DNA of 64,000 nt. It comes from Thecamonas trahens ATCC 50062. Lineage: Eukaryota > Protista > Apusomonadida. Below, piece by piece: positions 12,649 through 23,900 of this stretch. The position numbers were made by a program, and so were the translations under genes. The stretch is taken from positions 310,001 through 374,000 of the forward strand of contig NW_013657675.1 in the NCBI RefSeq assembly GCF_000142905.1, written 5' to 3'. The notes beneath the pieces are model-generated. The model searched no databases. It was given only the letters and a program-made list of their open reading frames with translations, and was not told the DNA's origin. Position 1 is the first letter of the stretch; every line of letters starts with the position of its first letter.

Positions 12649-12745
12649 GATGACAAGACTGCGTGCGTATGGTTAGAGGGGAGGGAAGGGGGGGGGGGGG
12701 CGGGGGGGGTGAGGGAGGGGGAAGACTCGGGTACTAGACATTCTT

Positions 12746-13047
12746 NNNNNNNNNNNNNNNNNNNNNNNNNNNNNNNNNNNNNNNNNNNNNNNNNNNNNNN
12801 NNNNNNNNNNNNNNNNNNNNNNNNNNNNNNNNNNNNNNNNNNNNNNNNNNNNNNNNNNNNNNNNNNNNNNNNNNNNNNNNNNNNNNNNNNNNNNNNNNNN
12901 NNNNNNNNNNNNNNNNNNNNNNNNNNNNNNNNNNNNNNNNNNNNNNNNNNNNNNNNNNNNNNNNNNNNNNNNNNNNNNNNNNNNNNNNNNNNNNNNNNNN
13001 NNNNNNNNNNNNNNNNNNNNNNNNNNNNNNNNNNNNNNNNNNNNNNN
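12746..13047. other. Assembly gap (302 N)
   Basis: Run of n characters flanked by G/C homopolymer tracts. Confidence 1.
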
Positions 13048-13250
13048 ACGTTAGACTTTTTGGTGGTTTGACGTTTGACGGTGGTGACGCCACTGCCTCT
13101 GCCCCCCCCCTCCCCTCCCTCCCCCCCCCCTCCACTCCCCTCCCACACTCACCTACGTCCACACCACACCACATATAGCGCACACCACACACAGTCACAG
13201 CTACAGAGACAAAGAGAGACAGAGACCACACGTATACACACTACCACACA

Positions 13251-13905
13251 ATGGCTGCTTCGTCAAAGGCTGTCCGCCGCATTATGAAGGTAAGTGAGAA
13301 TGGTTGGGGGAGGGGGGAGGGGGGGGGGGGGGCAGTGGTCGTGCTCCGGGCGCAGGTCGCCCTGACGGTAGAGGTCGCAAAGTAAGGGAGGGAGAGAGGG
13401 GAGGGGAGAGAGAAGGGGAGATGCGAAGGGAAAGAGACTGATTGGTGTGAGGGTGCGGGTTGTGTAGGAGTTGGAGCGTGTGGGAAAGGCTGGTGAGGAG
13501 CTGGCGAATACCGAGGCTGGCCCGGTGTCAGACACGGACATGTTCACTTGGAAGGCCGTGCTGCGCAACGTGGGCGAGCCGTACGCAGGAGGCGAGTTTG
13601 AACTGCAGATCACGTTTCCGGAAGACTTTCCTTTCAAGCCGCCGACGGTTGTCTTTGTCACGCCGGTCTACCACCCGAACATCGACAAGAGCGGCGAGAT
13701 CTGCATGCCCATTCTCAAGGCCGACGTGTGGCGCCCGATGAACTCGGTCATCAACGTCCTCACTGCCGTCCGCGACCTGATGGAGGAGCCGAATCCGTCC
13801 GATCCGCTGCGGCCCAAGCTCGCGGCACAGTACCTGGACAAGCGTGCAGCCTTTGACAAGGCCGCCAAGAAGCACACCAAGACCCACGCCAAGCCGAAGA
13901 AGTAG
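13251..13905 (+). CDS. Ubiquitin-conjugating enzyme E2, UBE2L3/UbcH7-like; exons 13251-13289, 13468-13905
   Basis: MAASSKAVRRIMK|ELERV; FPEDFPFKPP; YHPNIDKSGEICMPIL (catalytic Cys); GTAAGT...TAG intron. Confidence 0.92.
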
Positions 13906-14009
13906 TGTTGGCTCTGCCTGCCTGGGACGAAAAGGAGAACTGCAGGGCCGAGTGGCAACAAAACAAGTGGATGGGTGCAACAAAAGGAGTGTGTGTAATG
14001 GATCAATGC

Positions 14010-15424
14010 TTAGACTGAGCCGGACGAGTAGCCAGACGAGTAGCCAGACGAGCCGCCCGACGAGCCGCCCGACGAGCCGCCCGACGAGCCGCCCGACGAG
14101 CCGCCCGACGAGGTGCCGCCAGTGGAATGGCCCGAGTTGCCCGAGTTGCCCGACGAGGTGGTCGACGGGTTGTTGTCGGCAATAGCAGTGACCGGGAACT
14201 CAGCAACGGCACAGGTGTTCTTGCCATACTGGAGGTGGATGTAGCCCTCCATGCCCCACGAGGTGCCCCACGAGTTGCGGACAATCCAGTAGCCGTTGGC
14301 CGAGTCAATGTTGGCAAAGCCGACAACACCGACACCGTGGTCGATCTGGTGGCCGCAGGCCGAGGCCTGGACGACGCCGGACTGGTAGGTCTGCCACGAC
14401 GAAGCGTCGACGGCGATGGAGAGCGGGCCCCATGCCATGAGGTTGGCGGCCATCTCGGTCTCGTTCTTCTTGGTCGAGGCCCAGCGCCAGCCAGTGACGT
14501 GGGCGGCCACCTTGAGGACGAGTACTGGCAGGTGCCGTCGCGGGCGGTGTACGGGTAGTCCGCCTCGGGCTCCTGGCCGTTCTTGACAATGTACTGGATG
14601 GCGTTCACCGGCCAGCCACCGTTGCAGCCCTGCATCTGCGTGTCACAGTCGACAATCTGCTGCGGCGCAAGGACCACAAGCGGCTTGCCCGACAGCGCCC
14701 AGATCGACTCGATGTTCTCGGTAGCCGAGAACGCCCAGCACGAGCCGCACTGGCCCTGGTTCTTGATCGGCGAGACAACCTGCGGCGAGTGGCCGACCCA
14801 GGTGAACGACGACGGGAGTGCAGTCGACTCGAGCGGCGCAACCTTGGCGCCCTCGGTCCGCTTCGGCGCCTTGGCCATGTCCAGGTCGCGCATCAGGTAG
14901 TTCTTGGCAAACTCCTCCTGCGAAAGTGCAGCAAACTTGGTCACGCCCCACACGGCAGTGTTGCCCGGTGCCGCGTTCTGCTTGGCCACACGACGGAGCG
15001 TGTCCTTAAAGTTGTTGAGACGGAGATCGATCTCAGACGGCGAGACCTCGCCGTACTTGTCCTGGAACTGGCGGAAGAGCGACTGTTGTCATGTCCATCA
15101 TGAATCACAGTGAGTGTCTGCCCCAGCTGAGCCGTCCACCGCCACAGTGCAAGCTCAAAGGCGACGACCATCGTCACGCAAAATGAAAGCCATTGGAAAA
15201 AGCCCGTGCGCCAAAAAAAATGCCGCTTTGGTAGGGGAAGGTTTGGTTGGAGGGGCAAGGGCAGGGGGGGGGCGGGGGGGACGGGAAGGCGGGGCGGGGC
15301 GTACAAGAGTCTCCTCCTCGGTGAAACCACCCGAGTTCTTGACAGACAGCGCAGGCACATCCTCGAGACGGATGGCGAACGCCGTGGCCACAAGGGCGAG
15401 CATCATGACGACAGCAAGCTTCAT
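14010..15424 (-). CDS. Papain-family (C1A) cysteine protease with signal peptide, I29 prodomain and Ser/Gly-rich C-terminal tail; intron 15083-15304; 1-bp frameshift at ~14512-14514
   Basis: MKLAVVMMLALVATAFA signal; WGVTKFAALSQEEF prodomain; QGQCGSCWAFS, GCNGG, IDHGV, YWIVRNSWG catalytic motifs. Confidence 0.92.
14023..14112. repeat. 12-bp coding tandem repeat (GACGAGCCGCCC)n encoding (SSGG/SSGY)n
   Basis: About 7 near-perfect units visible. Confidence 0.9.
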
Positions 15425-15748
15425 GGTGTATTGGTAAGTCACGTGTGGCGGAGTGGTTGTTGATGAGTGCCGCCAACCGACCACCGACATGCGACTGCCG
15501 CTTGCCGCCCGCAACTCCGCACATGGCCAGCAGCAGCTACCTCCTCAGCATGCCACCCAGTCCGCATGCGGCACTCCGATTGAGCCATCGCTCACTATCA
15601 CTACTCTTCCCTTGCCCCGTACCCCTTGCTACACACATGCGCACATCATCGTCACCACGGCAACCATCGCCATCGTCGGCATCGGCAAGAGGGGGAGAAA
15701 GTGTGCCATGGGACACAGAGTTGGTGATCAACGAAAACTCCTCTTCGG

Positions 15749-17655
15749 TCATTCATTGGAGTGTAACACACTCCCACCGATCAACGGTGCCTCCATCCGC
15801 GATAGTGCCGCATACTTCCGCCCGCGGACTCGTTCCCACAAACGCAACAAGCCAAAGTCTGTGCCTGAGAGTACCGCGTGGAGGAGAAGAGCGTAGAGCA
15901 CAATCCAAACCGCGATGAGGCCGAGGAGGAGGCTGACACCGGCACCGACCGACGAGATAAAGTATGTGTCGCCCGACCTGAACACTGTCCGCAGCACGTC
16001 CTGCCCCGCCACCCGGCAAGCGGCGTAGTCCGGGATGACTTGCGCGAGCACCGTTGGGCACTCGAACGCCATGTCGGGGAACGTGATGAGCATCAGCGCC
16101 TGGATGGCAGGCCGATAGAACGACGAGAAGAACATCGGCCGGAGAACGGCAGGCGCCCGCGACGGGTTGATGATCGCGCCCGAGGTGAGCATAAAGAACC
16201 CGTAGAGTGTCACACCTACCGAGATCGCAATGACTGGGTCCGGCGAGACCAGGCCCATCACCAGCATGAACAGCTCGGCAAAGATGTTGGCCACCACCAG
16301 AACCGCCAGACCGGCAAAGAACCGGCCCACGCTCCCCCCGGCACCGCCATCATGGCATACAGCACCGCGTAGAACACGCCCACAATGATCAAAATGACAG
16401 CGCTCCGAAAAATAAGCGTGGTAGACACGTGTGCTGCTACAGAGTACAGCCGCGATCGGTACTCGTGCCGGAGAATGAGCCGGTCGTGGACCGCGTGTGG
16501 GAGAGTCGTCAGCGAGACAAAGGTGGTGACAAGGACGGCAAAGAAGAAGACATTGACCAGGTCCCGGACCGTCTCGTAGTCGGACGCAATTTCAAAGTAC
16601 AGCCCGCCAATCATGAGCGCCATCAACCAGATCATGACCGCGCGGACGGAAAACACGTGCGGATCGCGCTTGACCACCAGCGCCTGTCGCCAGAACAGCA
16701 CTTTCATCTTGCTCAGCGATCTCGCTCCAAACACGGGCTCGTCATCGCCGTACGACGTCGTCAGTCGCCGCTTCCCACTGCTGGTCACCAGCACCCGCCC
16801 CGTCGCCGCCCGCCGCCGCGTTCCGCTCCCTCCTCCCACCTCTTCCTCGCCCGACCCCGCCACCGCCACATCAAGCAAATCGCACCCGCCTGGTGAGACT
16901 ACCACCCGCAGCACTTCTTCCGCAACATTGGCGCCTGCAGGCGCAAGCCCGCCAGACACCAGCGCCTCTTGTAGCCGTGATCGTGGCCCCATGTACGCCA
17001 TCCGCCCGCCCACAAGCACCAGCAGCGAGTCCAGCAGACCCACAATCGCCCGCGACGGCTGGTGGATCGAGCACATGACCACAACGCCGTCGCGCGCCGC
17101 AAGCCCCGCCACATCCGCCATCAGTCGCTCTGCGCTCGCAGAGTCCAGCCCGGACGTCGGCTCGTCGAGCAGCAGGTACTTGGGCCGTGACAGCAGCTCG
17201 CACGCCACAGACACCCGCCGCCGCTCGCCGCCGGAAATGCCCCGCTCAAACGCAGACCCGATTCGCGAATCGGCGACATGCTCCAGCCCCAGATCCGCAA
17301 GCACCGCGTCCACAGCCTCGCTTAATACCGCCCCGACCGGCAACCGCAGCGCTCCCTGCGTCTCCAGCGTCTCGCGGACCGTAAGGCACGGAATCAGTGC
17401 TGCATCGTCCTGCGGGCAAAAAGCAAGACGAGACGCAACGTGCTTTGAGTAAGCCATCCCGCCGTACTGTACCCTCGCATCAAGCCGAGCCCCGCTCACC
17501 CCAGGCAGCCGCTCGCCTACCACCGTCAGGAACGTCGACTTGCCTGCCCCAGACGGCCCCATCACCCCCAGCACGGACCCAGGCGCCACCTCGCCAGCCA
17601 CAGACTGCAGAATACTCCGTCCATTCACCTCGTACGACGCAATTTCAAACTGCAT
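15749..17655 (-). CDS. ABCG (White-type) half transporter, NBD-TMD; 1-bp frameshift at C6 16334-16339
   Basis: Walker A GPSGAGKST, signature ISGGERRRV, Walker B LLLDEPTSGLD, SIHQP. ABC2 membrane domain is split between ORFs 16258..17655 and 15749..16330. Confidence 0.92.
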
Positions 17656-17776
17656 ACTCGACTCGTCGAGCGCGACGTGAGCTAGTCGTCAAGTGTCGTC
17701 ATAGCCCAGGCATATACCTCCTCTCTCCCCTCCCTTGCGCCCGCCTTTACACGCACAAGCGCACCACGTAGCATGT

Positions 17777-17851
17777 GGAAAATTATTAATCGTTCCGCAC
17801 CACTCTCCGCACCACTCCCCGCTTCACTCCCCGCACAACTCTCAGCAGCAC
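17777..17851. promoter_or_regulatory. AT-rich core plus five 12-bp degenerate repeats in the 275-bp divergent ABCG/PKS spacer
   Basis: GGAAAATTATTAATCG then TTCCGCACCACT CTCCGCACCACT CCCCGCTTCACT CCCCGCACAACT CTCAGCAGCAC; regulatory role inferred from position only. Confidence 0.5.
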
Positions 17852-17930
17852 GGTTCGGTGCCATGTGCAGGTCAGCGTCTTTTCCTCACCCCTACCGTCT
17901 CACACATCTCTCTCGCTACTGCTTGACATT

Positions 17931-20900
17931 ATGCCGCGCTTGGCTGTTGTCGGTGCTGCCTGTAACTATCCTGGCTCGCAGAGTCTGAAAGAATTGTGGG
18001 AAAATGTGTTGGCATCGCGTCGTCAGTTTCGTGACGTGCCTGACGAGCGCCTTCCTCTGGGCGATTACGGTGCTCCCGAGGGTGGCAATGGCGAAGGCGA
18101 GTTCAACGAGTACGATCCGGACTGGAAGGACAAGACTACCGCAAAGTATGCCGCCGTCCTCGATGGTGTCTCGGTCAATGCTCGCGAGTGGCGGGCGAAC
18201 AAGGCCAAGGTCGCATCGACCGACGTTGTCCACTGGCTCGCGCTGCAGGTTGCCGCTTCCGCCCTCGACTCGGTTGATCTCCCTGCAAAGCTCAACGAGG
18301 GCTTTGGCGTCATTGTCGGCAACACCCTGACCGGCGAGACCTCGCGGGCGTCACTCATGCGCCTTAGATGGCCCTTTGTGGAGCGCGAGCTCCGCGAGAC
18401 CGCGGCCGGCCAAGGTCTCGCCCCCGAAGCCATCGACGCACTCGTTTCCGGGCTTAAGACCCGCTACAAGGCTGCGTTTGCCGAGACCACCGAGGATACC
18501 CTTGCCGGCGCTCTTTCCAACACCATTGCCGGCCATGTCTCCAAGCACTACGGCCTGCAAGGCTGCGCATACACAGTCGATGGCGCGTGCGCCTCGTCTG
18601 CGCTCGCTGTCGCCGTCGCTGCAGACCAGCTTGCTGCCGGAAATCTCGACGTTGCCCTCGTCGGCGGCGTCGACATCTCGCTGGATCCGCTCGAGCTCGT
18701 CGGCTTCTCACGCGCAGGCGCGCTATCGTCCACAGACATGAACGTCTATGGCGCTGCCGCAGACGGCTTCTTCCCTGGCGAGGGCTGCGGCTTTGTGGTC
18801 ATCATGCGCGCAGACGATGCTACTGATCTGGGACTCCCCATCCTTTCCTTCCTCGACGGATGGGGCATCTCAGCCGACGGCTACGAGGGCATCATGCGTC
18901 CGTTCCTTGATGGCCAGGCTCTCGCCATCTCGCGCGCTTACGCTCGAGCAAGCTTTGATCCGCGTGACACCCACTTTGTCGAGGGCCACGGGACCGGTAC
19001 CCCAACCGGCGACCCCATCGAGCTCGGCGCCATCCACAAGGTCTTAGCTGCGGCCACGGCCGATGCCGGCGAGCCGGCTGTCGAGCCAGCCTGCATTGGC
19101 GTGACCTCAATCAAATCCATCATTGGTCACACCAAGGCTGCGTCGGGCATTGCTGCATTCCTCAAGGCCGTCCTCGGCGTCAACCAGCGGGTCATCCCAC
19201 CTATGGCCGGCATCCAGCTCGACTCGGTTGCGCCAGCTCTCGCCAAGCTCCCCGGCGTGTATCCAGTCATCCACGGCCGCGCGCTTGCTCTTGACACCGA
19301 CATGCATGCCGCGTCATCGTCGATGGGCTTTGGCGGCATCAACGTCCACCTCATCGTCTCATCCACCGCTGCCTCGCCGCCGCTTCAGCTACTCGGCGGT
19401 CCCGATCACCTCGCCCGTGAGCGCTATCTTGCCTCGGCCCAGGATGCTGAACTCCTTGTCTTTAACGCGCCCTCGCTCACTGGCCTCCTTGCCGAACTCA
19501 CCGAAGCCGCTGACATCCTCTCGCGCGCCTCCTGGGCCGAGGTCGCCGACTACGCCGCCCATCTTGCCGCGGCGGCGGCCGCATCTGATGCCGACCTCTG
19601 TGCAGCCACTGTCGCTGCCGTTGTCACCTCGCTCGCCCATGCCCAGAGCCTCGTTGCAGACGCCATCGCTGCTGCCTCAGACGCCTTGGCTCTCGCTCCG
19701 GTCGTGCTGCCCGAGAGCCTCTATGCCTCGTTTGCGCCGTCGTGGAAGGCTGCCGACCCCGAGCTCGTCTGGGTCTGCGCTGGCCAGGGCACGCAGCGGG
19801 CGGGCATGGCCCTCCAGCTCTGCCGCCGCTTCTCTGCTACTCATCGCGCAGAGCTGCTCGGCATTGATCCCAACTCAGAGCTGGCTGCTGAGGTCGAGGC
19901 AGTTGTCACTGCCGCGCTCGACGTTCATCTCCCTGTACTTGCCGCCCCGCATCCTCAGCTCTTGGCCACGCTCAAAGACGACGCCCAGCGCGTTCTCGCT
20001 GTGACTGAAGCCCTGTGGATTGGCCTACTTCGCCGCTGCGGCGTGCCGTGCGGCGCCGTCGCCGGCCACTCACTAGGTGACGTCATCGCGCTATACGCTG
20101 CCGGCGTCTTTGATTTTGCCACTTTGTGGCAAGTGGTCGACGCGCGCGCGCGCGCGTTTGCTAGCGCGCCGAGTGGTGGAATGGCGGTCATGCGCGGATC
20201 AGCTGACGCTGCTGCCGCACTTCTGGCAAGCGTTCCCACCGGCAACCAGCTGGTCGTCGCCAACATCAACGCGCCCGACCGCATCGTCCTTGCGGGGCCA
20301 CCAGACGCCATCGCCACCGCTGTGGCCGCCGGGGCCGACGCAGGGCTCCCGGGCGCGGTCCTTGCCTCGGTCTCTGCCCCGTTCCACACCCCAAGCATGG
20401 CCGACGTCGCCGCATCATTTGAGGCTGCGCTGCTCGCCATCCTCGAGGAGACCACGCTTGCCAAACCCAGCGTGCCGGTCTACTCCTCGTGCCGCGGTGG
20501 CGAGCTTGAGCTCTCCGCCATGGCGTCCCCGGCCGCCCTCGCCACATACCTTGCTCAGTGCGTGGCGTCACCGGTCGACTACGTCGGTGTTGTCGCCGCC
20601 GCCACCGCTGCTGGCCACAAGCTCGGTATCGAGATCGGGTCGTACACCCACGACATGACCCGAATGACCCGTCGCTGTGGCGACGCCCTGAAGCTGCTCC
20701 CGGTTGAGGCTCGCCCGGGTTGCTTTGGTGCTTTCCTTGACCTGGTCGCCCGCTCCGTGGCGGCGGCGCCGGCGACGCTTGCCCTCCATCCGCTCTTTGA
20801 CCACCGCTTTGTGCGCGAGTGGGTCGACCCGCGGTCAAGGACGTTCATCGTCAACCCATGTGAGTCGCCGATCTACGGCCCGCCACTGCAAGACGCCACC

Positions 20901-23900
20901 AAGCTCCGCTCGCGAGTTGCTACCGTCTCAGCCTCTATCCGCGACAGAGGCGCAAGTGCTGCCAACGACCGCGGCTCGGATGTCCGTGCTGCCGCGCGTC
21001 GCGCCGCAGCCCGCCGTAAGGACCACAAAGCCGCACGATCCAAGACAAACTCCGGCAAGCCGAGGTCCAAGGCTGCGGTGGCGTTTGAGACCGCCGTCGT
21101 GCCTTCGCTCGCCACGGCGGGTGATGCCGCAACCAACGAGGCGCTTGCAAAGTACCTTGCGGTCCGTGGCAAGTACCTTGCCTCGCTCATCGAAGCTGAC
21201 ATGCGCAAGGGCGGCGTCCAGGCCGCCATCGAGGCCGCCGACGCCGCCGCCGAGGCCAAGCGTCAGCAACGCATCCGCGCCATGTCTGTGGCAGCCACCG
21301 CTGCCGTCCTCACTGCCGAGCCGAGCATGACTGCTGCCCTCGTCCTGGAGGTTGTTGTGGATCTGGCCTCCGAGGCTGCGTCCTTTGCCGCCGCGCCCAC
21401 CACCCAGCTGCTCGAGCTCTACCTCGATTCAATCAAGTCGGTCCGGTTCATCACCGACATTGCGGTTGCCCTCGGCCTCGACGCCTCGCTTGTCAACCCG
21501 ACGTCGCCCGATTGGCAGAAACCGATGACGCTTGCCTCGCTCGCCAAGCGCATGCATATCCTCTGTGAGTCAAGCGGTGGCGCTGGCCAGCGCGCTGGCC
21601 CGGCGTCAGGCGGCCTTGCATCGGGCGCAAGCCAATCGGTTTGGTCTTGGCTCGGCATCTTTGACGAAATGCCGCTCCCGCTCTTTCCCAACCCCGATCC
21701 AATCGCCTCGATCGAGTCCGCCACGCTTGTTGTTCATGTTGGCGACGACTCGGCTGCCGCCGCCCACAACGTGGCCAGTGGCTTGGGTCTTGCCGAGCCC
21801 ACTATCGTTATTGACCTCGCCGCCGATGCAGCCGCTGCGGCTGCGGCTGCTGCGGCTGCGTCCTATCTCATTGTCGTAGCCCCACAGATACCGGACCCCG
21901 CAACTTCTGCTGGTGCTGCGGTGACGGCAACTGCGACGGTGATGGCGACGCTCGGTCGCCTCGTCCGTGCTGTTGGCGATGTGTGGAGGATGGAGGACCG
22001 CTGCGGTGGCCGGATCAATGATGGCGGCATTATCTATGTGCTGCATGGTGACGGGCCTGTCCCACTCCGCGGCTTTGCCGCCTCGGCTCTCCTTGAGGCG
22101 GGCTCGTACGTCCCAGCAGCCGTTGTGACCTGCGAGCCGAGCCTGTCGCCAGCTGATGCCGGGCGGTTCACTGCCGCTCTACTAACTCGCTGCCCGCTCG
22201 AGCCCAAGTTTGTCATCGCCACCACGTCCGGCCCAGCTCCGGCCGACGGCAAGTCCTGGATCGCCTTCCGTCATCCGCGACCATACTCCTTCGACTCTTC
22301 GCCACTCCTCCTCGATGCCCCGGCTCTGGCGTCGTCGGCTGTGGCTGTTGCGCCAGTATCGGAGGCAGCTGCCGTTGTCTCGTGGTGTGACGCGCTCGCC
22401 CGCGGCGGCGATGCTCCGCGGTCGACTTTGGGTGCCGTCGTTGTCTCGGGTGGTGGTAAGGGCATCACGGCCGAGTGCATCTTCCGTGCTGCGGCCTACC
22501 TCTCGCTCACCAGGCTCGTTCTTGTTGGCACCTCGCCGGCCTCGCATCCTCAGGTCACCGCTACGCTCGAGCGGATGGCGCGAGTGCCTGGCCTGCAGGC
22601 GCGGTACTACGTCGCAGATGTGACGGACCGCCCATCAGTCGACGCCATGCTTGAGGCGCTGAGTGCCGACGAGCCGTCATGGGAGGTGGTCGGCCTTGTC
22701 CACGGTGCCGCGACCAACAAGCCAGCTGCCACCGACGAGCTGGGATCGGGGGACGCCGCCGCGCGCGACATGCAGGTCAAGGTCTGCGGCGCCGCGGTCC
22801 TCCTCGACGCGCTGCACACCTCACCGCGCGCTCGCGGCGAGCCCGGGCTGGAATTTATAGTCGGCCTCTCGTCGATCATTGCCGCCACTGGCATGTTTTC
22901 GGCAGGCGTCTACGGCAGCGCCAATCTGCTGATGGAGCGCGTCTTTGGCTCGGTCGCCAGCTCGGTTCCAGTCGTCCTCATCCGCTACGGCGTATGGGAA
23001 GAGGTTGGCATGGGCGCCCGCATGGGCTCGGTCGAGTTTATGGAGGCATCAGGCATGACGCCGCTGAGCGTCGAAGCCGGCTCGCGCGCCTTTGTCGAGC
23101 TACTCGCCGAAGCGCTTGTTGCTGACAATCTAGCTGCACCGATCGTTGCTGTTGTTGCCTCGCGCCTTGGCGGACTGGCCACCTGGTGCAACGGATGGAA
23201 CTGCTCCCATCCGCGGGTCCGCAACGCCGCGGGTGCTTCGATTCTCAGCAACGCACCGGCCTTTGACTCGGTCGCCGCGCTGGAGCCCAACCTCGAGCTG
23301 ACGCTTGTCCGCAAAATGAGCATCCAAAATGCCCGCTACCTAGCCGACCACTCGATCGGCGGCTCTGTGGTGGTGCCAGCTGCGGTCGAGCTGGCGCTCT
23401 GTGTTCAGGCCGCCGCGGGGCTTCACGCCCCACTCCATCCGCCGGCCAGCACCAAGCCGAGCTGGAAAGATGTGAGCGCGGGCTCAATTGTCTGCCGCGA
23501 CTTTGCCTTTCCTCTCGCGCTCGACGTCCATCGACGCCGCGGTGCCGTCGTGGCTGTCACCGCCGCCAACTGGACAGCAGCGCCCAGGCTGGATGGCCAG
23601 GCACATCCGTGGTCCGTCGTATGGGTGCAAAACGAGTTTGGCAAGCTAACCGCCACCGGATGCGTTGGTATCGTGACCACTGACACCCTTGCTGACGGCG
23701 CCTTTGCGCGGTGCGCCGCGCCGCTCAAGCTCCTTGCTGACGCCCGCAGCTCAAGCCCGACGTACATCGATGTCAAGGCCGACATCTATGAGCCCGGCCT
23801 TCTCTTCCACACTAGCGTCTTTCGGCGCATTAGCGCTATCCGTGCCCTCATGTGGGACGAGGCGGCTGGGCGCGGCCACGTCATTGCCCGGGTCTCGCGC

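Noticed and set aside
15651-15664. RFX X-box-like motif GTCACCACGGCAAC
   Set aside because: Single match upstream of a protease rather than a ciliary gene; no convincing X-boxes seen upstream of NPHP1, TMEM107 or the tubulin
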